From the NCBI GenBank assembly GCA_977017645.1, contig OZ360246.1, forward strand, positions 13,082,134-13,146,000: a stretch of DNA of 63,867 nucleotides, in the 5' to 3' direction. Below are positions 1 to 12,345 of this stretch, in pieces; the first letter of the stretch is position 1; each line of letters starts with the position of its first letter. This DNA is from Torpedo marmorata. Lineage: Eukaryota. The notes beneath the pieces were generated by a model that did no database searches, was not told where the DNA came from, and saw only the letters and a program-made list of their open reading frames with translations. Both the position numbers and the translations under genes were made by a program.

Positions 1-130
1 TAGGGATGGGAGGGGAGGGAGGGCGGGGGGGTGAAAATGTATCACAAGTATTTTGATAATTTCATATTTTACTTTATGTATTTTGTGATTTAAAATTTAA
101 AATAAAATATTTTAAAAATAAAAAATAAAA
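1..130 (+). mobile_element. Possible 3' end of a poly(A)-type LINE
   Basis: G-rich tract, then T-rich sequence, AATAAA and an A-rich tail. Confidence 0.3.
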
Positions 131-3100
131 AGATATCTTTCAAATTAATATTAATTTGGCTAGTTCATTATCAATATTTTATGAAACTAATTAAACTGAT
201 TATAGATTTCTAATCATTAGTTATTTTAAGGTAGTTCAATTGAGAATTTACAGGGGATCAGGGCAACAATTTTCTACAAAATTCTACAAAGATGGTGACG
301 TCTTTAGTAACTTTAAGGCGTTCGAATTTAATTAATTTTCCGTAGGTGGTCAGTGTAAAATTTTAAAAAAAGATTTTTTTTCAGACAATTTTAAGAAATA
401 TGAAACCACCAAATTGTTTTCCCTTTACCTCGTTAAAAAAAGGATGTATATTGATATGCAATGTATGCAAATAGCATGAGCCTGCACGTACACGTGAGAT
501 AGCTAAAAGCTGAACTCCTGAAGGCATGTATAATTCTCCATATATTATGTCTATACGTACGTTTTAAGCAGGTGTATGCGTTTTAAGCTTCTCGTTGTAT
601 GATATATCTATGCAGAACTTAGTGTGTGTCTTACGTCTAGTTGTATGTTTTTGGTGTGTGCCTGTATCCATACAACATTATGAGCAACATTATAGACAGC
701 TGCCACAAAGAAAACTCAAAATGAAATGAAAATGCGTCAGCTGCTCAAAGTGTGAAATTATGTCATGCAAGAACCATACGTACTGGAAATGTTATTATTG
801 TTCTCGGAAATCAGCATAACATTAATATCTCGCATAAACGATTGTCCTTTAGAATCTATATTAATATCTGACTCACCTAAAAGATTTGGAAGGAAAGTTA
901 TACATAGGCATGAATTTCTGCATGTGTGCGTGATTTTTTTTGGACAAGATATACAGCCCTACTGATAATCATATACAGGTTTAATTATTAAAATTGTGTA
1001 TGGTGGAGCTGTGGAACAACCAACCATCGTCCATTCTAAGATTACCTCCTACCCCACTTCAAGAATTAATTCTGAGTTTTTAACTGTTGCTGCATTAGTT
1101 AAAAGCCCGCAAGAGCTTGCGGAGTTCCCATTTAGCTGCGCGATTGCAGAATTGTTATATGTTCTAACATTGTGTAAGTTATAAAAACACGAGGAAAGGA
1201 TGTCAGGTTTAGCTATTTGTATCGTGAAATCAAAACAAATAAACAGTTTGGTTTGTGGTCTGGACTTGAATACATTACACCAAAGCAAATATTAATATTT
1301 AAGTACAAAATATTAAGGTGGCTATAAATTTAGGGTTTCATTGAGAAAGTTTACATTGGGGAATGGGTGGTATCAAACAGCATTAATGGAATAATTGAAG
1401 TATTTACGTGAAACAATTTAAAATAGCAGTGAATGCTAAATTAAATTAAATAATTATCAAACATCCCGATGAATTCGAGGATATCATGGGGATGGTGGTC
1501 TGCTCACCAACTTGGGAGTAAAAAGTACACCCAAATCCTTTGGGATAACGCGGCACGATTTTTTATTGCATTTATTTTAACGCTTGAAATATATATATCA
1601 CATGTGAAGTAAAAATACTATACGCCATTTAAATCTGCCATTATTATGTCAATGGATAATACAACTGCTGAATACAACAGTGCAAGAAATGTATTGAAGT
1701 CAACTGATGAAAGGAAATTGCAATGATAGTGTCCTCGCTTAAGATTTCAGTATTTCTCTTTTCAAAGAGATATGGAAATGTTGTTTCAGACTAGGAAAAC
1801 TATTGTGCAGAACTAAGATGAGTTGTCAAATAGTTATTACAAACCCTTTAAACAAGAATGAACTGATCATTGTTTTTAGCGACACTTGTCAGTGAAATTA
1901 AATTATATTCATAGTTTTAAATAGGTACAAACAAATTATTTCTTCAGTAATGCCATAGACTCGAAATGTGATATTTCAAATATTAAAAGCAGTTCAATTG
2001 TCATAGAACAATTGCTGTTATAAAGTTTTGGTTCGCTGAGGTACTCTTTGATAACGCGTAAAATAAAGCGGTCTGTAATTTGTAGAAATGGAGGAACTTA
2101 ATTTAACCAGAAATTGCCTAGTTTTATGGAAGCTGCGCCCCAAATACCCCACCAACAGGAACGTTGGTTATGTTGTTGGCACATATAGACATATATAAGA
2201 CATATCAGGTTAACACTAGATTAACGCTATCATACTATCTATCACCCGGTCGTTCTCAAATAGCACCAGCAGATAACTACTATCATGTTGAACAGCCCCC
2301 AATGTTTGAATTTAAAGTCAGGGATTAATGGTACATAAATAATAACCGGAAATTGTATATCCTTAGCTTCTCTCGCAGATAATATTGAGTTGGCTTCCTC
2401 ATAAAATTGTATTTGAGCCAATTCATTCAGGAGGTTATCGCGCGAAATTCAACTCAATCCAACTTCCATTCAAACAAATGTTTGTCCAATGCTTTATTGA
2501 ATACAAACGATTTTGTTTAAAGCACAACCCAATATTACCAAACCTTCAAAAATGATAAATGAACAGAATGCAATGAAATAGTACATTTGTCGATGATATG
2601 GTTAATTATATTTAAAGAAAATTATTATCGAATTGCCATTTTTCTAAAAAGCAGATTTTGGAACACTTTGGAACATGCTAAATTTACGATAGGCTTTGCT
2701 TATGTCAATTCTCCCCTTAATGTGGCTTTGGACTACCATCTCAGTCCTTTATAGGAGAATATCCTGATTGATGTGACCTTTATTATTGTGTGATGTTCCG
2801 CAGACTCTTGAAACGTCTCCTGATGTGTTGTGTAAAATTGTCCCGTTTTGCGTGTGGCATGGCTGAATTGAGTTCTAGTGAGGATCTGATTGAGGAGAGA
2901 GAGCCACGGATCTTATTCATCGTTTCACGGAAATGGATTAACAATGTAAGAACTGGAGGGAGAAGGGAGATAGCGGTCCGCCTGCAACAATTTTCTTCAG
3001 TATCATTCTTTTTGACTCAACATGTCGACAGTGGTAGAGACAATACAGTTGTACCCATGCAGTTTATTTTTTAAAAAATATCATACATTGTCACAGATGT

Positions 3101-4041
3101 GAAATGAATAAGCTCCAAAAGAATCTTTGATATGTTTGTAATAAGCTTTCTTCATGAGAAATCCGTTCCAAAATTTAATACAAGACCAATATTGTAAAAT
3201 GCTGTAAATTATTTTAATTCCTAAAATGGTGTTTAACGAACCTTAAAACTACAATTATGCAACGGAAGAATGTACAAATCATGACATGCGTGCTGAATGT
3301 AGGGGAATCTCGTTTAAATAAAAACAGATAGGAACTTATCCAGTTTCCGTAAATTTATGACACTAAGTTCAAAAAGCAGCACACAATCCCCAAACCACTC
3401 CCATGACTTAAAAATGAATTTTATTTATTCAGTTCCCATAAAGAAAAAGCATTGACCCGACCAGATCCTGACATTAACTTGCTACACCTACCTTGAGTCC
3501 CCTAAGGAAAGGGCTAAGAACTATTGTTATAGAACATGTTGCGATTACAAGGCAATCCATCACAAGGCATTTTCCTCTTTACCGAAATACCAGTCTCATA
3601 ATCCAACAGTTTGGAGTTGGACATTTATTTACAGAATTTATGAAAGCGAATCGATTGAAATATTTTTTTAAATCAACGATCACCTGCAATATCACGGTTT
3701 TTTTGGCAAAATATAGATAGTGCAATATTGTAATTTTAGCGTATGAATGCAATTTCTGTACATCACAAAACAAGTAAATGTATCCTTTTCAACTAGCGCA
3801 CATTTTAATTTTGGAATAAACCTGTCTCCAGAAACACCATGGATGCTTTAAATAACACATTACACCATTATGGGAATATAGTTATTCTTTCTTTTACAGT
3901 TAAAAAATCACAGAAATTACCCATCGTCCAGTATTCCTGTCTAAATTCTGTTCGCTGCTATTCTTTCATGGAAAGGTTGAGGGGTTTAGGCTTTCCTTCT
4001 CTCATATCCTCTATCTCTCCTGCCCGAAGTAACATTTAATC

Positions 4042-4095
4042 GGTAAAAAAGGTGTGTGTGTGTATTATATATAGATACACAATATATATAGATAC

Positions 4096-4180
<85 letters not shown>
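4042..4180. repeat. Compound (TG)n/(TA)n microsatellite
   Basis: Directly visible. Confidence 0.9.
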
Positions 4181-4183
<3 letters not shown>

Positions 4184-5468
4184 ATGACTCTCTCATCTAG
4201 CCTCCCTTGAAAGATTAAGACCGTGATACGTGTCCCTACGGGTCGTTTGATTGATTACATCATCCTAAGGTCACTTCTACTTCTGGTAATTTTCTCTTTG
4301 CCCCGGGGCTCTGCATTCACGCATTTTTATTGCACACTTTGGAGACGTGCAGCTTCGTTGTTTTAGTCGTATGGATTAATGACTTGAGGGCAATGAAGTG
4401 AAACAGGAATTGCAATGGCGAACTGCCTATACAATCAGGTCTTAAAGTGGCAAAAACATCAACTTTCTTTCTCCTGATCTAACTATTAGTTACGATTCAA
4501 ATAACCGTTTTAATACAAATCATTAACATTTTGAACACGTCCTTTTGGTTCTTTATCCGCTATCCACATTGAAATATTAATACCACCTTAAATATAAACG
4601 GTCTTTCAAAGATGAAACTGTTCCGTTTAACTGTAATGGAAAGACGCACACAACAGAACATAAAGCGTGAATAACTAATGCACGCAGTAATACAGTTAAA
4701 TGGGGATGTATTCATTTAATCAGACATTACTTCAAATAAGTTTGCATAATATATCGCGCGATCTTTGAACATGTCATGTCTATTTAAATATTTGGTTGTT
4801 TTTACTCGTCATTCTTAGTGCTCTCTAATCGTAAAGCGCAGAATTAATGATTTGGCTATTTACCGGAATACTGCAATTAATGTGTTCTGAAATGCATCAG
4901 CTCTGGTTGTGTTTTTAAGAAAATGTTTGGGCTTGTGTAAAATTCAAAAATAAATATTATTACATATGTTGCCACTGAAATGATAAAAAGGCAAAACAAT
5001 GTTGACAGATTAATATATGCACACATATGTCCACTTCTGTACGTACAATGCACTCAAAATTGTAACATTTGTACCATGGCCCCAAGTAGTAAAGCAAAAT
5101 GTTGCAGGAGATGTGGCGTGGTTAATTAAGTCACTGTAAATATCTACAAGAGAGGTCACTCACTGTCTGCCAAGTTCAAGATTTTGATGTTGATGCCAGG
5201 GGTAGTCGCATCCACGTATGAAAAAGAATCATCATTTCTAAAATCCAAAGTATTTTCCTCAAATTTTTGTTGAGCTCCTGAAAAATGACGAGACAGACTA
5301 CTCCAAATATAAAATAAAAGTTAAAGAAGTTTTATTTCAATAAAGCTCAAGAACTTTACAGCTATTACACATTTTGGGATTTAGGTGGGTTGTTCTAACA
5401 CCCACATTAGAGCTTGGCTCATTTGTTTAAAAAATACTGAGTTAAATGCAAGAAAGCAGTGAAAATGT

Positions 5469-5716
5469 GACTACACAGCACCAATAGCCTGAATACGACT
5501 GGGATTGTCTGATCTCAGAAGGTGAGCAGGCACAGGACTGGTCAGTACTTGGAGGGGAGACCGCCAAGGAACACCAGGTGCTGTAGGTTTCTGTGAGGGG
5601 CGCTGGACAAAATAGCGACCCTCTTGTCTGCCTTACGGTAGACAAAAATTAAAGAATTTCATGTATGTTACATTCTAAATGTAGTATTACGTCACAATAA
5701 TGGAACCTTTACCTTT
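5469..5716 (+). mobile_element. 5S rRNA-derived SINE (SINE3-like)
   Basis: 5469-5590 aligns with 5S rRNA (gtctgatctcagaag...agtacttggaggggagaccgcc...gtgctgtagg) with many substitutions. It is followed by a ~125-nt tail ending gtcacaataatggaa(ccttta)2. Confidence 0.85.
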
Positions 5717-6682
5717 ATTCTGTATTTGAATTTATTTCATTTCAAGAAGAGTAGTTTAAAACATTTTATCGTTATAATCTGTTTAAATGTGATATGTTTC
5801 AGTCAGTTATTGAAATGTCAGAATATTTGACCACTTAAGTTTGCAAGAGGAAACACATCTCCATTAAAAACAAAACAAAACTCCAAGAATATTTTCTTCT
5901 CTGAAATTAAATAACAGGAAGACAGAAGGAATTGTAAAGATAGGAATTCTGAAAGCATCCCAGGAACACTAAGTTGATGCTTCTGGCACTCAACTTTGAT
6001 TCCACAGTGTTCCAGACATGCTGGCCTTGGAACTATCATGATAATGTTGATGAAATGAATGGATGGAAAGGTACATTTCATTGAGAAGGGAGGTTCATCC
6101 AAAAGTGATGCACAAACACATGACACCCTGCACTCTGGGCTCCAGGCGGGCTTCTTCAAGTTGGAGACAGAGCCTTCAGTAGGAATGGTCTACCTTTATG
6201 GATCAGATTCTTGAATACAGTGTAATTAATTTGTTCAGAGGTTTTGCTTGCAACCTTTTCCATTAGTTGAGTGCTGCTGTTTTATAATCTCATACAGTAA
6301 AATGAAAAAAGATAATCTAAGAGATAAATGGAGTGGAGATAGTAGTGCTAATGAAACTATGTTGGAAATGTGGAATTAATGCATTGAATTACTAGCAACA
6401 TCAAGTACTCCCTCAAACATGTATAACAACATGCACAATAATATTTCCAAGCAAGAACTATTATTTAAGTATCTAAGCAATACTTCTTGCTTGGAGGCAT
6501 ATTGTTTTATGCTATACTTTAAAACTAAGAAGCAACCATTGGCACAGCCATTCAGTAAGCTCATGACTGATCTTTGACATCAATGCTACATTCATATACT
6601 AACCCCTATATGCTTTCATTCACTTAACATCCAAAATCATTCTATTTCTGTCTTTAATTCTGTAAATACTGAAGCTCCATAG

Positions 6683-6998
6683 GAGGGCTACTGAAGGGTC
6701 AAGAGCACTGAAGGCTTCCTGGTCATTTCAGAGATTTGGATCTGGAGCTCAGGTTGCTAATGAATTGAACAGGAGTCTGTGCAGCTGCAGAGGCTGTGTG
6801 AGTGGTGGAGGTGAATCCACGGACACTCAGTTGCTCCGAGGGGACTGTCCTTTGCTTCTCTTTCTCTCTTACTGTAAGGGGCGCTGGTCAGTACTAATGA
6901 CGACTCTTGTCTGTCTTACAACAGGCAAAAGTTAAAGCATATCATGTATGTTACATTTTTAATGATTTATTACATGACAATAAAATGGACCTTGAACC
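6683..6998 (+). mobile_element. Non-coding retroelement with ATGACAATAAA tail (copy 1)
   Basis: Homologous to 8250-8604 and 12153-12345 (ggtgaatccacggacactcag...ctgtaagggg...tattacatgacaataaa). The flanks resemble CR1 remnants. Confidence 0.75.
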
Positions 6999-7274
6999 CT
7001 CTTGAATAGAGAAATCCAATGGTTTGCTGATATTTGAGTGAAGATAATTTTCTCATCTCAGCTCTGAATGGCTGACTACTTATTTTGACTCAGGGTTCCA
7101 GACACCTCATCTTTACATTTATCATGTTAAGAAGCATAAAAATCTTGTAAATTTCAATGCAATCATCCTTCATTCTTCTGAACTCCAGAGAGTATAGGCC
7201 CCATCTATTGAATTTCTCATCCTGGTATAATGCCCCATCTCAGAAATCTGGTCAACCTTTATGGAACTCCCTCC

Positions 7275-8011
7275 ATCACAAATATATTCTGTCTGCATTG
7301 ATGGGAAAGAGGTGGAGAGAACCTTCAAGTTCTTGGGAGTCAGAAGACCTTTCCTGGAGCCAGCACAGTGAGGCAACCATGAAGAATGCACACCAACTCC
7401 TCTACTTCCTAAGGATTGTGATGAGATATGGCATGTCACTAGATATTCTATCAAACTTCCACAGAGGCATTGTGGAAAGTATATTGGCTGGTAGTATTTC
7501 AGGCTGGTTTGGGAATTTAACAGCCCAGGACACAGAAGGCTTCAGAAGATATTAAACATAGCAAGATCCATCACAATCTCTGACCTTCCATTCGTTGCAG
7601 ACATCTACATAAGCTGCTACCTCAAGAAGTCAGCCATCATGATAAATGACCTCCACCACCCTGGTCACAACCTCTTTTCACTGCTGCCTTTGGGCAGAAG
7701 GTACAGAAGCCTGAAAACTAGCGTTTCCAGTTTCAAGAACAGTTTCTTTCCAACAGATGTCAAACTCTTGAACCTCCCACTGGTGCTCCAATTATGGACC
7801 ATCTGCACTATTACAATTCACTTTTTTTTGCACCAGGATTAGTGTGAATACTTATATCTATCTTGTGTAGTTATTGCCTCTTAATTTAATTCGATTGGTT
7901 TACTATTATTGCTTTTCTTTACAAGTACCTATTTGGTTGCAGCAAGTAAGAATTTTGGCGCAAATGTACATTGTACAATGAGTATGACAATAAACTCATC
8001 ATCGTCATCAT
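7275..8011 (+). mobile_element. Degenerate Rex1/Babar-type LINE 3' fragment
   Basis: Peptides SEDLSWSQH, GIVESILAGSISGWFG and HPGHNLFSLLPLGRRYRSLKT; tail atgacaataaac(tca)n. Confidence 0.85.
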
Positions 8012-8249
8012 ATCCTTTAGTTGGGAGACTATATTATTCAGTAACTAGGATTTCTATATAATTTTTGTCAGGCATCTTTACTCTTGACCTGATTTCCTCT
8101 TGCAGTAAAGGCTAACATATCATTTGCTGTCCTAAATGTTTTTTGTTATTTTAAAACCCGAGTCCATCTACTTTTACTATTTTATATTAACTTTAAAGGG
8201 TAAATAAAATGCGTAAAAGTCATTCTTATGATCCGTTATCCATGCACAA

Positions 8250-8604
8250 TTTGCAGGCGAAGGACTCACACAGGCTGCTAGAGACTGGCTCGTGGGAACC
8301 AGTGATCAGAACTGGGAGGGTGCTGAAGGCTTCCTGATCGTATCAGAGGTTTGGATCTGGAGATCAGGTTGCTGATGGATCAAAGAGGGGTCTGTGCAGC
8401 TGTCGATGCTGCAGGAGCACTGGTGGTGAATCCACGGACACTCAGTGTCTCTGAAGGAACTCTCTTGCATCTCTTTCTCTTACTGTAAGGGATGCCAGGC
8501 ATTGCTAATGGCAACTCTTTGTCTGCCTTGTGGCAGGCAAAAGGACATTTTGTGTAATATTACATTTTCTGTATTATTACATGACAATAAAAGGATTCTT
8601 GAAT
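8250..8604 (+). mobile_element. Non-coding retroelement with ATGACAATAAA tail (copy 2)
   Basis: Shared sequence with 6683-6998. Confidence 0.75.
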
Positions 8605-9061
8605 TTGTTCATCATCAATAATTCCTGTTGCTTCAGGAAGTAATTATTTTCAAAATATTTGCCAATTTGGTGGTTGATGATTAGTGTTTAACTGGTCTTC
8701 TGCTTACATTATGTTTGGTTAAATTTTACTGGAATATTCAAGACAAAATGAAGAAATAATTTTGAGGTGAATTTTAGCTCTGGTGAGAATAGTAAAATCT
8801 GTTTTGGTATGGCATTTTTATGTTGGTAGAAATATCAAAATTGAAGCTGAAAAATAATAATTGAAAAAGAAAACTGGTTGTTGCTCTGTCATCACTTGCC
8901 ATTTGAGAAGTTATTCTTTAGTAGCACTCAGGATACTTCCTGTGCCTAACCTCACCATGCATGTAGTATTTGGTTAATTTGTGGAGTGCAAATGAAGTCC
9001 AGTGGAGGCAAAACCTATCCTATTAAAATGGCAAAATGAGTCTTGAGCCCAAAGCCATTAC

Positions 9062-9214
9062 ATTTTTTAAATTTTCTTTTTAAAATATAGACATACAGCA
9101 CGGTAACAGGCCTTTTTGGCCCATGAGCCCATGCCACCCAATTACACCCAATTGACCTACAACCCCAGTACATTTTGAATAGTGGGAGGAAACCGGAGCA
9201 CCCGGAGGAAACCT
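9062..9214 (-). mobile_element. V-SINE (HE1-like), 3' half
   Basis: The reverse complement matches the 3' half of the SINE at 24209. Confidence 0.8.
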
Positions 9215-11229
9215 GTGCTCTATCAAGAATTTAGTTAATGGCAATGAACCAGCATTGCTGGACTACGGAAAACCCTGTCCTTTTTTGTTCGCATATTTAT
9301 AAGTGGAAAAATACACTTTTTGCAAATGGAATGAGTTATACTGTATTTTCCATTATAAATCCTGAGCTTCTAATTCTTGAATTAGGTTTTATACTGAGTG
9401 GCCTTTTTGAACATTCAAGACTAGGGATAAGTAGGGAAGCAGACACTTCTAGCACAAGGGCAAATAATGGGTCTAATCAACAAACTATTCATCAAAATAT
9501 CATGCTATTTTAAAAGTCATGTAATATTTCTGCAATTTATCAGTAATATCTATGCAGAATATATTCAGAGTTCTGTTTGGATCACTTATGCATTGATGTA
9601 ACAGTAAATATCAATTTGCCTTTCTCTTCAAATTAAATTATTTTTCTCTGTTATTATGAATAGCTATGAAAAAATAGAACAGGACACAGTGTAGGATAGT
9701 ACAGTGGTTAAGATACTCGCCTACTGGACTATTGATTAATGAGAGCTAGTTTAATCATTAAATAATATAGCAGGAGAAAGTTGGTATCAATAATGATACT
9801 GACAAAACTATCAAAATGTTTTTAATTCATTCATAATTACACTCTAGGAAGAAAAATTATTATTTTTAACCTAGTTGGCAGATATGTACATCCAGACCTA
9901 CCAATATGGTTGACTCCATTCTCACCTGAACAAGGTTTAATTGAAATGGCAATGATTGGGAAAATAATGCCCACACACCATGAATGGAAAAAGATTTCGA
10001 GTTCATCCCAGTAAGTCAAAGTTGAACTACATCAGTTTTGCCGTCTGCCACTCACTCATCTCGTCTATTAAGATATATCTAATGATGATATTTTCCTACA
10101 CTGAGGCTTATTTTCTTGAAGTACAGGTCTAAATATGCCAACTAGATGTGTTTTCCCATGCCCCCTTTGCCATTTTGTTTTCCTATACAGCTTGATTTAG
10201 CTCAAAATCTAAGCGCTTGACCCCCTGGAGTTTTGCAGGCGGAGTCCAGTCTGTCCTGGTTCACTCTTGCCGCCAGCTGTATATCCTGATTGGGATTAGC
10301 GGTCAAACTTCTCAATTACCACAACCACAAAGGTCCTGAACCCAATTAATGGCTAATAATTACAGTCAAACTCTTCTACAATCTTTCCCTGCATCATTAG
10401 TTGGAGTTCCGGAAATAAGAAGGATCTACCGTGATCAAGCTCTTAAGTGCCTTGGCCCAACAATGATCCTCGTCATTCAGAAAGAAAGTCTTTAAAACTG
10501 GACGCGATTTGTATAATTCGGTGTCGATATTATCTATGCAATATTCTGGTCTACTTTAAATTCAACGAGAGCCATGTGGATTAGTGAATCTCATAAATTT
10601 AAGGTGAAAAATAATCTACCGGTTTAATTATTGCAGAAAATACCGAGTGGCTCGATAGACAAAGGTGAACAGCCACTATTGAATATGATAGAATGATAGC
10701 CTAAAATACTAAACACAGAAGACCAGAAACGTTCAGAATCGAATGAAAAATTCGAGGTATAAAGGTCTTTTTATGGCTGTAAAATATTGGACGTGTTGTA
10801 CGTTTTGAGAAACAAATGTCGGGTTGACAGCTACCAGTTAATGAGGAAACGTGCATAGCCTACCAACACGAGAATATTAGCTATTATCTTCAGCAACCGT
10901 TTTACCTGTATTTTTTTTGTATTCTCCAAAGGCCGACGATGACCAAGTATACCGTGAATAGATTCCGTGAACTTCAACCATGTAGAATGTTACTGAGCTT
11001 GTGGGAAGAGTCAAACGGACCGGGAACAATTTTAAACGAACTAAGAATTCTCGGAAGTGTTGTTGCGGTCTCATATCAAATGTGTTTATATTTAGGGTGG
11101 CGGTACATACAAATATTGTCAGCGGTCATCTGGAGCCTCTCGAGCTCTATTACCAACAACGCGAATGGTGGCCATTTGTTTCGGTTATATTTAATAATCC
11201 GATTGAAAAAGATACTCCTTTCATATACT

Positions 11230-12075
11230 CATTTTCCATCCATCCATGGCTATGATGAAACTGTGTGTATCCTGACGATCCTATTTATGTATCATTCTTA
11301 ACCTTGCAATTGCTGACTATTGTTACGATCATTCATGAAATCTGCACATACGTACTATTTTAATATAATTAGTGACACGGAAAGCCTGTCTGTTCTGATT
11401 ATCTCACCATTAATGGCTACACATAAGGGATCTATGTCTTAGCGACACCGCCATTACTGACCACGCTGGCTTTACGATTTCCCCAATATTCCACCACTAC
11501 AAACAATCTCACCATTAATACCTATCCAGAAATTCACTAGTGGTCATCCAGAAATCAACATCGACCGACCATCATTGTACTTAGCAAACCTATGACTATT
11601 AACCATCTTTTCATTAATAGTCATCTAACAACTCTGAATCTATTGATTATCTCACCATTATTGACTTTTCGAAAACCTCAGTTATATTGATAAACGTAAT
11701 TAACAAAATTCCAGAAGTTCATCATAAATGGATAATAAGAAAAAACCCTGTGTTTACTAATCAACATTTCGGGCCATTCATGAACTGCCGTTACTGACTA
11801 ATTTACTAATAAGCATCCAGAAACTATGTACCTACTGAACCATTACTACCATTAATGATCAGCCAAAAACCAAAACACAGAATCTACCCTCTACCTCAGG
11901 GTTATTAACGATAATGAAAAAATGATGTCATCATTAATGGTCATCTTGAAAAAGTGCATTCTGCTGACCATCCTCCAATTCCATCATTCAGCAGCATCCG
12001 GAAACTCAACATCAGCTGACTAACTTATCATTATTAACTATTCAGAAATATTGAGCTTGCTCAGCATCTCTTCAT
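11230..12075. repeat. Highly degenerate ~44-bp minisatellite
   Basis: Recurring pieces (ctgac/tgatt)atctcaccattaat(ggt)catccagaaa(ctc); one measured period is 44 bp (11596 to 11640). Confidence 0.6.
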
Positions 12076-12152
12076 CCACAACCATTGATGAAAAGTTTAT
12101 ACATTTACAATAATTTTGCCTTTATATCCTAAATTTAAATATGTATCTTAAG

Positions 12153-12345
12153 TAGGCTGCGGGAACGCTGAAGGCGAATCCACGTGCATAGCGTCTCTGA
12201 AGGGACTCTCTTTTGCTTATTTTTCACTTACTGCAAGGGGCGCCGGACAATATTAATGGCGAGTCTGTCTTAGGACAGGCAAAATAAAATTTTGTGCAAT
12301 ATTACACATTCTGTATTATTACATGACAATAAATGAATCTTGAAT
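12153..12345 (+). mobile_element. Non-coding retroelement with ATGACAATAAA tail (copy 3, more 5'-truncated)
   Basis: Shared 3' portion with the two copies above. Confidence 0.7.

Noticed and set aside
5469-5590. Functional 5S rRNA gene
   Set aside because: Many substitutions, a degenerate 5' end, fusion to a retroelement tail, and a second dispersed truncated copy indicate a SINE
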